Assembly: GCA_004431415.1 (NCBI GenBank)
Contig: QPMI01000092.1
Coordinates: 1-64,000, forward strand
From: Cyanophora paradoxa CCMP329
Taxonomy: Eukaryota; Plantae; Glaucophyta
Length of the DNA: 64,000 bases
Direction of reading: 5' to 3'
Shown here: positions 11,647 to 21,604 of the stretch, one piece after another
Numbering within the stretch: the first letter of the stretch is position 1
How the letters are laid out: each line of letters begins with the position of its first letter
The notes under the pieces: model-generated
Told to the model about the DNA's origin: nothing
The model's database searches: none
Seen by the model: only the letters and a program-made list of their open reading frames with translations
Program-made: the position numbers and the translations under genes

Positions 11647-13039
11647 TTACAGATTAATTCGTCGGAGACCATCTTTGTCAACAATAATGAAACTGTGCAT
11701 GAGAGCACGAACATTAACTGTGAGTGCCTTGTCAGAAGGCATGTATAGAGTGAGGAAAGAAGAGGAGGAGTTCGTGAGATCAACATATCCAGACTGGGCA
11801 ATGTTGCGAATCGCTTTCTCTCCATCCACACAGAATGGTAGACCACTGAGGACATATTTGTCTGCAACCTTGTCCATATTCGAGCACTTGAAGGCATCCG
11901 CAATTAATTCGGCACCTTTGAGGAGAGGGATGGGCTCAGTAGCATAGAGACGTTGACCATTAATTTCAACAGTGAAAGTAATGTCTTTCGAGTTAGCATA
12001 CGTTTTCAGAACACTGTGAGCACCAGTAGCACTATCAATACCTTCATAATCACGAACTGAAACAAGAAGACCATAGACAAGACCCGAGATCTGTGACAGA
12101 TTAATACGATTGGGTTGCGCATTGCCTTTTGCAGCGAAATTGATGCTATCAACGAATCCAATATCCAGAGCAGGGATAGCCATACCAGTGGTCTTCACCT
12201 TCTCAATGACAGTAGCAAACAGCTCATCAGAAACATTAATAGCATGCATGTAAAGACGAGGAGAAGTGACTTTAATTTCAGGGTTGTTCCAGAGATGGTG
12301 AAAGTGGTGATCTGTTGACCTACATGGGCAAGGGTTCCATCTGTGAAATTTCCAAGTCCATCATCAGCAGTTGCATCAACAGTTCCAACAGCAGTTGTAA
12401 GTTCACGACCACCATAAGAAGTCTCAACATAACCCTTTCCAGCATCCTTGAACCAGACAGTTACCACCATTTCTCCTGAGAGAGCACCAAGAGGAGGTAG
12501 TGGTTTAGCCATGGGACGGGGATTTCAACAAAGAATGAACCACCAAGTCGGTTGGTTCCATGAGCAGGGATACCATGAACCATACCCATTGAACGCTTCT
12601 TTTTGGCGAGTTGATCCTCCGAATAATAGACAAGAGGGAAATGAGCAAGGAAATCAGAAGGCACATGGAATGTGTAAGATCCATAGGTAATTTCAAGTCG
12701 AGAGACAAGAGCACCAACTGGGCGAACGTATCCATTGCGAACAAGGTCGGTATCACCAGCAAAAGTGATGGCTGGAAGGTCAAAGGCAAGTTCGAGTTTT
12801 CCACAGAAATTGTAGCGAGGGAGCTTGAAAGAAATGCGATTTCCAGCATTATTCTCGAAAGTGTTGCTTGGGTTCACAACAACAAGAACTGGCTTCGACT
12901 TGGATTCAAGACCAAGCATGAGAGAGTTGTCCAGGAAGAACGCCTTGGCTTCTTCCGGGGTTGTTAGAGCTTCTTTCAGAGAAAGACGTTGGAGGTCGAA
13001 GTAATATCCATGATTATCTCTTTTATTATACTGCAACAT
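11647..13039 (-). CDS. Major capsid protein (double jelly-roll type), two frameshifts
   Basis: Three consecutive overlapping ORFs total ~460 aa of beta-rich sequence (RISFKLPR, LELAFDLP, LVSRLEITYGS, FFVEIPVPW); located between ATPase and minor capsid genes. Fold is inferred, not computed. Confidence 0.72.
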
Positions 13040-13065
13040 AAAAAATTCACCAATGATCCTTGATT

Positions 13066-14076
13066 TTACGCAAAACTCGCAATTACAGGATAAGATGGAT
13101 GGGTTTCCGCCATCCTCCTCTTGAAATATTCATACACAGGATCACCAGCAGGTTCATCACCATATCGAATTTCGAAGGTGAGGTGGACAGGTTGACCCTC
13201 GAAATCAATTGGTTCATTGACTGCATTCACAATATCAACCGAAAATGTGGAAAGTCCCAGATTCTTGTTATAGTATTTATAAATCGGATGGGCTTCTGTC
13301 GAATTATAAACGACATGCTCACCATAATCTTTATCTGGAACAACGATTTTGTGGAAGTATCCAGTGAGGAGACCATCACCACATTGAACCAGATCACCCA
13401 ACTCCTTTACTCTCACAAACAGAACACTATCCCTGGTCTTTTCAGGTTCAAATGAAGATATGATACCATGCACCATCGACCCAGTAAAGATACCATCAGT
13501 CAGAGTATTATAAACTTGTGATTGGATTGGGGTGTTACCATATCTCCCAGGATCAAGACCAAGCAGTCGAGCAGAACTCAAAAACCTCTGAATCTGTGCC
13601 TGGGTTGGGTTAATTGCGGTTGAGAAAGCCAGGTAAAACGGTATGGTTGAATGGAATATAACTCGTTTCAGTGTATCATCCCATTTGCAACGAATAGCTA
13701 CTGCTGGTTCTCTCAATGCAAGTTTGGAGTTAATTACATTCACCAGTTGTTGGTGGTTTTGAATGGGTGTGCTGCGACTTATCACAATGTGTTTCCATGA
13801 TTCATAATCAGCAGCAGGTCGATCAGTTGGAATACCAGTGCTTCCTGCACCAGAAAGATATTCAGACCAATAAAGGTAGATTGCATTATCAATTGTCACA
13901 TCTCCTACTTTGGTTTCACCACTCACCATGGGAATGCTGTTATAGAATTCTGCTGAGACCAGTCTCACTGCTCTTACAAATTCATATGTGCTGGGGAGGC
14001 GAGCAATAAAACTCGAAGTAGGTCCATCTCCCGAAATTGTATTGAAAGAGCTCACTTCAATGTAATCCACAGGCAT
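13066..14076 (-). CDS. Minor capsid (penton-like) protein 1
   Basis: Intact 336 aa; N-terminal IEVSS...SSFIARLP...VRAVRLVSAEFYNS and C-terminal LSTFSVDIVN...PIDFEGQPVHLTFEI resemble PLV/NCLDV penton-like proteins. Confidence 0.7.
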   Translation of the reverse strand: MPVDYIEVSSFNTISGDGPTSSFIARLPSTYEFVRAVRLVSAEFYNSIPMVSGETKVGDVTIDNAIYLYWSEYLSGAGSTGIPTDRPAADYESWKHIVISRSTPIQNHQQLVNVINSKLALREPAVAIRCKWDDTLKRVIFHSTIPFYLAFSTAINPTQAQIQRFLSSARLLGLDPGRYGNTPIQSQVYNTLTDGIFTGSMVHGIISSFEPEKTRDSVLFVRVKELGDLVQCGDGLLTGYFHKIVVPDKDYGEHVVYNSTEAHPIYKYYNKNLGLSTFSVDIVNAVNEPIDFEGQPVHLTFEIRYGDEPAGDPVYEYFKRRMAETHPSYPVIASFA

Positions 14077-14104
14077 CTTCTTTTATCTATAAACATATAT
14101 TAAA

Positions 14105-15034
14105 ATGATTCGGCTGGTCAATATAGATAGCAGAGACCGATCAGATGGACAAATAGAAAACTCCTACAAAGTTTCACTCACAACCCCAGTGACCAAACCA
14201 AGAGAATGTCGAGTTTTGTATGCAGAGATCCCCAACAGCATCTATAACTCCATTGGAACAGACCACCTTCTTGTCAGATTCTACTACCAAGGCATCTCTG
14301 AAACCAAGCAGGTCTTCCTTCTCCCAAGTGGTTACATAAATCAAGGTCATTTCGGGGTCACCACTCCATATAATTATGGTCTGAATTTCACATTTACTGG
14401 GAGCAACAATCTCACATATGCATTCAAGGTCTACTACAACCCTACCTCCTACAAATTGGAGTTTTACAGTAATGTTCAATTCGATATGGTTGCATCTACA
14501 CAGAGATTGGGTAAACTTCTTGGTGTGAGTTCAGTGGAGTGGGTGGCTTCCACTGAACAGATTTACGATTTCCCAGAGTCTGCAAGGTCTTTATATGCCC
14601 CGAGAATTTCCTTTATTTCGCAGGAATACCAATCACCCCAAACCATCCCCAATGGGAATCACATTCACAGGATATGAATTCGAGGCATCTCGCTTAAACT
14701 ACAAGTTAGAAGCTTCCAAGATGACAGATATGAATGCAGAACAGTATTTATACATGCACATTAAAGAACTCTCCCATTTGCTACAAACCACAATATTGTC
14801 CCAAGATCACAACCACAGAATCAAGGGGCGATTCTCAGATTGCAGTTAAGTAAAGATATTGGGCAGTATGTTTATCACAGTGGAGAGCACAGTGAATACA
14901 TAAAAATAACCGATCGAAACCTGGTGATTAGAGAGTTAACAGTTGAGTTTCGCGATTATTATGGTGATCTTGTAGATATGAATGGAATTGACAACTCATT
15001 CCAGTTAGAGTTCTTGGCTATTGGTAACGATTAA
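14105..15034 (+). CDS. Minor capsid (penton-like) protein 2, frameshifted
   Basis: VNIDSRDR...YKVSL...VLYAEIPNSIYN; YLYMHIKEL; C-terminal IRELTVEFRDYYGDLVDMNGIDNSFQLEF, across three frames. Confidence 0.75.
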
Positions 15035-15320
15035 ACCGATCCTGATAGAAGAACTCCCCATCTGTCTCGAAAATATTAAGAATGGGACTCTTTCGATCTT
15101 CTGTATACCATCGGCGAATTGTCTTATCCCATTTAGCACCATTCTTTTTCAAGAATCTACAAAGAGTTGATCTCCTTGTAATTCGCAATCCCATCTCTTG
15201 AAAGATCTCATAATGATCTTGTATTCTTTTCACAATCAAGATGTAAGTCCCATGGAAATTGTGATATTGCTGGTTAATCGGCATGTTTCCTTTACAGCAT
15301 GATGGGAAATCGTTTGTCAT
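15018..15320 (-). CDS. Small protein with DUF5710-like motif
   Basis: FLKKNGAKWDKTIRRWY matches the GAxWDxxxxxWY pattern; start uncertain. Confidence 0.45.
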   Translation of the reverse strand: MTNDFPSCCKGNMPINQQYHNFHGTYILIVKRIQDHYEIFQEMGLRITRRSTLCRFLKKNGAKWDKTIRRWYTEDRKSPILNIFETDGEFFYQDRFNRYQ

Positions 15321-15486
15321 TTTTTGGCGAAACGAGAGTATCTCATGAGATAGATGAGAGAATAACAGGTGTGTTTTCAGGGTTGGAGAAATCGGAGAAA
15401 CATAGAGTATTGCGATTTCCGAGTTAGTTGACACTGAGATTTTCAGAATTTCAGATGGTCTTACTGAAAATGGTCAGATAATCGGG

Positions 15487-15922
15487 TGTGACACCTATTT
15501 AATTGACTGTGACGCCTCTTTAATTGACTGTGACGCCTGTGACGCCTGTGACGCCTACTTTCAAACTTTCTAAAATTTTCAAAAATGACAGACTTCTGAA
15601 AACAGCCGTCACAGCCGTCACAGGCGTCACACCCAATTAAAAATGGAATCTATCTCTCTTACTGAGATATTCAAAAATATATTCTTGTCTTACTGAAATC
15701 CGTCTTGTGACACCTCTGACACCTACAAAACACTATCCATTAATCCACCTTTCCGAAAATGCGAAGTTGTCTTACTGGAAATGGTCTGCAATTTCGCTGT
15801 GACACCTTATTTAATTGAGCGTGACGCCTGTGACGCCTGTGACACCTACTTTCAAACTTTTTAAAATTTTCAAAAATGACAGACTTCTGAAAACAGGCGT
15901 CACAGCCGTCACAGGCGTCACA
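15487..15922. repeat. Origin-like modules B (15487-15640) and C (15798-15922), tandem, inverted relative to module A
   Basis: Same iterons and spacer as the reverse complement of 5782-5923; part of a ~310-bp tandem duplication starting gtcttactg(a/g)aaatggtc at ~15458 and ~15769. Confidence 0.85.
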
Positions 15923-16049
15923 GACATTCCACCCCTCTTACTGACTTTCTCAAAAACAAAACTATCTCTTACTGAATATCATTTGAATACTACCTGTCAC
16001 ACTTGATCTCAATTATTCTGTTTTATAGAACATATGCAATCTAATCGAT

Positions 16050-16290
16050 TGTTCAATTGGAGACCATGCAACTCTGTGACACTTTTTCGGTGCAAAAATG
16101 TAAATCCGCAATTCCATCGATTGTTTAATTGGACGTGATGCAGTTCCGATATATTCCAATAGAAAATCGCGCAATCTTCTCAATTGTTTAATTGGACATA
16201 ATGCAACTCTGTGACACTTTTTCGGTGCAAAAATGTAAATCCGCAATCCCATCGATTGTTTAATTGGACATAATGCAACTCTGTGACAGT
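16050..16290 (+). repeat. Direct repeats containing atgcaactctgtgaca...atcgattgtttaattggac
   Basis: Two ~135-bp copies plus a partial third. Confidence 0.8.
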
Positions 16291-16687
16291 TTTTGCGTTT
16301 TCCGATACAAAATGGGCGGTGGTCTACTTCAATACCGATGAGATATATCGAGTTTATGCGAATTTATGCGAATTTATGCGAATTAATCGCGATTATATCG
16401 TTCTTTAAGTAGTTTAATGTTAATCAATCGAAGTTATATATGTAATCGACAAAGAACATAATCTATCGATATTATATCGATTGAATCAATCGTGAATATG
16501 CATTAAATTAAACGCGTTTATCATTTTTAATACAAAATTTGCATTAATTTATACAAAGTTTGCATAAAAAGTTAAAGAAATTAATCGATAAATCAGGCGA
16601 AGCCTCTTTCTCAAACCCAAAAACCGCCGATATAAATTCCTTTTTTAACCTTTTTTTCCACTCGAGATCCCCCCTGATAAATAATTT

Positions 16688-16736
16688 CCGTGTCGCACTC
16701 CCTCGAGGCAGAATTATTAATTCTGCCTCGACACGG
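16688..16736. other. Perfect 14-bp hairpin with outer extension
   Basis: TCGAGGCAGAATTA-T-TAATTCTGCCTCGA (16703-16731), plus CCGTGTCG/CGACACGG. Confidence 0.85.
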
Positions 16737-17049
16737 TCACGATTGCCGCTAATGACTCAGCTACCCTAACCCCCACACACCTCTCTAGATCCATTTTTAG
16801 CGTCCTGGCTCCCCTAAGACGACCGCTCCCCCGTGGGCGTCGCGCGAATATCAAATTTCCCTCTGGATCAAATCCGGTCCTTAACCTCCGACAAATGCAG
16901 TCCAGGTCAGAAGGTGGGACCCGGTCCCGCCCGGTCCCGCGACGAAATCGCGCCAGGGACGCCCCAGAACGATAAAGAGTGACGGGCGAGGGCGAGCGCA
17001 TCGACGCAAGCTCGATTTCGGGCGCCGTCAACGCTCCAGTCCGAACAGT

Positions 17050-17640
17050 AGGCCGAAAATTTGATCCGGCCGGTTCCGGCCGGTTCCGCGAGGCGCGCAT
17101 TCGATGCGTACTGGCGCGCATAGACATAGCAGGGCCTGCGCACCCCCGAAATCTGCTTTTCGGAGCCGGAATAGCGCAAGAAGGTACCGGACATCAAAAA
17201 TTCGATCCTGCACAAACCTGGACAGCTTTCCGCGCGCCAACGCCGCGGCGCATGCGCGGAACGATAGCATAAGCATTTGAGATGTAGACAAAGCATTCCG
17301 CACGGTCTCTAAATGCGCCGGGCCGCGAGGACCCAGCCGACGCCGAAAATTCGATCCTGGACGGACCTGCACAGCTTTCCGCGCGCCCTCGCATCCTCAC
17401 GCGTGCGCATCCCTACAACAGTAGTTTGAGATCTTTGTCAAGCTTTTCGCGAACTCTAGAGATGCGACAGGGCGCGAGAATCCAGCCGACCCCGAAAATT
17501 CGATCCTGGCCAGGCCTGCAAAGCTTTCCGTGTGCCCTTGCCTCCGCACCCCTGCACATCGATGCTATATGCATTCTAGATTCTGTTTAAGCGATTCCCA
17601 AGCTCTGTGCATGCGCCTGGCCGCGAGAACCTCGCCCCTC
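17050..17640 (+). repeat. Degenerate ~149-bp tandem repeat
   Basis: aaaattcgatcctg...cagctttccgcgcgcc recurs at ~17196, ~17345 and ~17494, with a weaker copy at ~17055. Confidence 0.8.
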
Positions 17641-17986
17641 CCAGGCCCGGCGGCCTCCCTCCCAACAATATTATATAGTTAATCTCCTCTCAATCTGCTC
17701 CACCAGTTAAAAGCAAGCGTTACCGGTTCAACTCCGGTCTCCCCTAGTTAATTATATATTCCCTCTCCTCATTACATTGCTCTCTGGCCAGCCAGCTCTC
17801 CCTCGAGCTGGCTAAAGCGGGCCAGCCCATGGCCGGTGCCAAGCCGGCGAAACCCGGCCATGCAGCTGGGCGGGGCCGGGTCCAGCTGGCCTCCTACTGT
17901 GACAGCCGCGAGGGCGTCCGCGAGGCTTCGCCGTACTTAGTGCTCCGCAGGAGCACGGATCTTGTATGTATTTTAGTATTAAATTA

Positions 17987-18081
17987 ACACATATTGAAAA
18001 ACGAATTTAAATCCAGAGTGAATCGAGATCGCGAAGCGATCGAGATGAACGAGGGATTTAAATTCGTTTTTCAATATGTGT
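17987..18081. repeat. 95-bp foldback with perfect 28-bp inverted arms (MITE-like)
   Basis: ACACATATTGAAAAACGAATTTAAATCC ... GGATTTAAATTCGTTTTTCAATATGTGT; no TSD seen. Confidence 0.8.
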
Positions 18082-19729
18082 CCGGGCACATGTTGCACTA
18101 TATTTAAAGCTACTATTTGGGCAGGCATGGCGCACTAAAACGTTCTCATTCTTGAGGCGGAGCCTGCGGCGGCGGAGCCTGCATAATAAAGGCTGCATAT
18201 ATGGTATTTCTGCCGTACCCCCAAAATGTCAATGGACATGTCCACCCGGACCCGTGGACATTGACATGACATGTCAACTGACATGGACATGTCAATGTCA
18301 ATTGACATCGGACACGGCAACCCTAGTGCGGGGGGGCTTGCCCCCCTGCTTGTTAAGTATTACACGGTAGGCCTAGTGCCATGAATCGGCGTCAGAATCG
18401 CCCTGGATAAGGCTGGATTCGCCCATGATCCGATGATCATTGATCATATCATGATCATCATATCATGAATCGCCGAATCATGATCCTGCTGGCATGCGCA
18501 GGCTGGCAGCCCGGCCTGCCAGGCTGGGCTGCCTGGCAGTGGCTAGCGCTGCCACTTGCTGGCACCGCCGCGACGTACGCGTCGACGTACGCGTATACGT
18601 ACGCGTCGACTCACGCGGAGTCACGCCGCGCCTCACGCGTACATACCATGTAACACTTCGTTAACATTACTAAGTTAATGCGCCAGAAATTCATGCGTTT
18701 TTAAATTGGACCCGGAATCGGTCCCGGACTCCCGGAATACCGCGCCCACTTAATTACCGCGGTACCAAATTACCGCGCCGAAAGTTTGTTACTATAAGTT
18801 AAAACGCGGTAATTTGGTAGTAAATTGGTACCGCGGTAATTCTCTCCTACAGTAGTAGCCTACTAGTAGGTAAGTCAGGCCTTTTGGCGCCGAATTGGTG
18901 GCCGTGGAATCGGCGTGGATTCGGCGTGGACTCACTGGACGGTCGGATCCGGATTCCGGACTCCGGACTCCGGGACTCCGGACCGTCGACGTCCGACGGT
19001 CTGAGGTCCGTCTTCACTGAGTTCACTGAGTCACGTGCACTGAGTCAAGTCTTGGAAGTTCACGGTTGGACTCCGGGAGTCCGTTCAACTCCCTTGCCAA
19101 GTTCAAATTTGGCAAGTTGGACCGAGTCGGCCGCCGGGCCGGCCCGCGGCCGGCGCCGGGCCCGGGGGTCCGGAATCCGGATCCGGCGGCTTCCGGGCCG
19201 TTCCGGCCCGGCGGCCGGGGTCCGAATCTTCGCCGAGTCGACAGCGCGTCTTTATTTCGTCTATCATAGTATATTCGTCACACGTACGGTGACGTCGACG
19301 TACCTGCACTTAATTATAAAGCTTTGACGAATATTTGATACTCTTGAACTGAAATTTTGTATGGAGAGGGGTACTAACGGATGATGACCCGTCTATGCAT
19401 GGCGGAGTCGCGGGGCTGACAAAAATATGATGCTAGCTGTCGTCGCCTCAGACTCGCCTGTCGAACCATATTTCCGTCACGATTTTCGGGTTTTGTCGAA
19501 ATTAAATCTCGACGAAAATTTCTACGTTTACAGTAATCCAATCCACTGGGCCACTGGGCGGAGTCGTCTGGGCCAACTGAACTCCGAATCATCATCATCC
19601 CCCCGGGCCCAGCTGCAGAGCTAGCTATATATATAGCTATCCTCGCCGAGTCGGCGGCGATCGCGACTCGGCGCCCGGCAGGCTGGCGGCAGCCCAGGCT
19701 GCCCAGCTCCTAGCTCGAGCTCGTCAATT

Positions 19730-20557
19730 ATGCCGCCCCGTAAGCGTACATCCAAGCTTAAGAAGGGTGCGGCTGACGACGACGACGACGGCGAGGTAGA
19801 GGAGAAGAAGTGTGCGCACCAGCCGCTGAGCTCGCGCACGTTGTCGCGTTGCACGTCCGACCGTCGGACCGTCGGACCGTCGGTCATCGACATCAATTCA
19901 TACGCATCGCGCGCGCAGCCACCAAGACCAAAAGCTCGCGAGCCAAGAGCACCAAGACCGCCAAGAGCACCAAGAGCGCCAACGCCGCCAAGAGCTCCAA
20001 GGGTATCCAAGCGCCCCGCGGCCGCGCACGCGCGCGCGAGAGCTGAATATACTGATACGTACGCCAGAGAGCGCAAGCGAGGAGGAGGAGCCGCCGAAGA
20101 AGAAAGCAGCGCACGCTATGGCCAAGTCTCAAGAAGCTGCGACTGTGACCGACCGCGACGGCTACAAGTACAGCGACCCCGAAATCGTCGCCGCGTTTGC
20201 CATCAAGGATGCGGCCCTGCAGTGCGCGAAGATGGCTACGAAGGGTCTCGACTCCGATCTGCTCAAGCGGTTGGAGGACGAGTACGACGCCCTCCCTGAG
20301 GGGCGCAAGCAACAGCCCGCCCCGAAGCTGCGCAAGGTCCGGATCCGCGCGATCCGCACGCGCAGCCTGCGCGATCCCGATCGTTTTCATATATATATGC
20401 ATTTTCGCGCACGTGCGCGTAGGTCATGCAACTGCTTCGCGCGGGCAAGGACCAGGAGGCAAAAGGACTTCTCAAGGAGATTGGTGACGAGATCGTGGCG
20501 ACGGACGTCCAGGAGCTGCTGGAGATTGGAAACGACATCCTAGACATCGTTTTTTGA
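19730..20557 (+). CDS. Four-exon hypothetical protein with Lys-rich/acidic N-terminus
   Basis: GT-AG introns 19812-19918, ~20003-20067 and 20337-20422 join in frame: MPPRKRTSK...EEKK-STKTKSS...SSK-ESASEEEEPPKKK...KLRK-VMQLLRAG...ILDIVF*. Confidence 0.7.
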
Positions 20558-20754
20558 GTTACTAGGTCTTCGACTCGCCCCCGCCCCCTGCTCGTCTCAG
20601 GATGTGCAAAGTGGGAACTAAACAAACAGAGACAGCATGCGCAGTTGCAGGCTGCAGCTAGCGCTCGCTCGGCGGCGTAGGCCTGGGCCGGGGGCCGCCA
20701 GGAAAATCGAAATCGAAATTGAAGTGGAACAAAAAGCCCTGCCGCAGTGCTCGC

Positions 20755-21460
20755 ATCGCCGCCGCCCGCCGAGTCTCCGCCCCGCCCGGCGAGCCGCGCA
20801 GCCGCCCGCCGCGCCTCCGCCCCGCCCGTCGAGCCGCGCCGCCGCTTGTCTCTTCTCCGCCCCGCCCGGCGAGCCGTGCCGCCGCCCGGCGAGCCCCGCC
20901 GCCGTCCCCCGCGCTTCTGCCCGGCCGGCGAGCCGCGCCGCCGCCCGCCGCGCCTCCGCCCTGCCCGTCGATCGCGAGCCGCGCCAACGCCCGCCGCGCC
21001 TCCGCCCCGCGGCCGCACGGCAAGCCGTGCCGCCGCTCGCCGCGCCTCCGCCACGCCTGGAGAGCCGATCCGCCGCCCCGCGCGCCTCAGCCCCGCCCGG
21101 CAAGCCGCGCCGCCGCCCGCCGAGCCCTCGCCCCGCCCGGCGGCCCGGCGAGCCGCGCAGCCGCCCCCGCGCTTCTGCCCCGGCCGGCCCGGCGGCGAGC
21201 CGCGCCGCCGCCCGCCGCGCCTCCGCCCTGCCCGTCGATCGCGAGCCGCGCCAACGCCCGCCGCGCCTCCGCCCCGCGGCCGCACGGCAAGCCGTGCCGC
21301 CGCTCGCCGCGCCTCCGCCACGTGCACGCCTGGAGAGCCGATCCGCCGCCCCGCGCGCCTCAGCCCGCCCCGCAAGCCGCGCCGCCGCCCGCCGAGCCCT
21401 CGCCCCGCCCGGCGGCCCGGCGAGCCGCGCAGCCGCCCGCCGCGCCTTAGCCCCGCCCCC
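20755..21460. repeat. GC-rich minisatellite (ccgcccggcgagccgcgccgcc / gccgcgcctccgccc units)
   Basis: Repeated units, including a ~265-bp higher-order duplication. Confidence 0.85.
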
Positions 21461-21604
21461 CGCGATTGTCTGCACCTGCAGACAATCCTGCAGACATCAG
21501 ACAATCCGACGGGTAGCAAGGGGGAAAAAGCAGCTGCCCCCCCCTTGCAATTTCTCTGCCATGAATCCAATTGTGTTCTCGGTACCGGTGCAACGCCGTA
21601 TTTA

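Larger units (their letters stand above)
1..17785. mobile_element. Endogenous Polinton-like virus / Maverick-type element (left end outside window; right end tentative)
   Basis: AT-rich, intron-less, gene-dense block with rve integrase, pPolB, D5 primase-helicase, A32/FtsK-type ATPase, and major and minor capsid-like genes. The sequence switches to GC/palindrome-rich host DNA after ...CATTGCTCTCT at 17785. Confidence 0.88.

Noticed and set aside
1-15400. Bacterial prophage or contaminant
   Set aside because: Integrase, pPolB, ATPase and capsid motifs are of the eukaryotic Polinton/PLV type; no tailed-phage genes.
15487-16290. CRISPR-like appearance of repeats
   Set aside because: No constant repeat with unique spacers, no cas genes, and a eukaryotic context.
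16783-16795. Telomere-like CCCTAACCC
   Set aside because: Single unit only.
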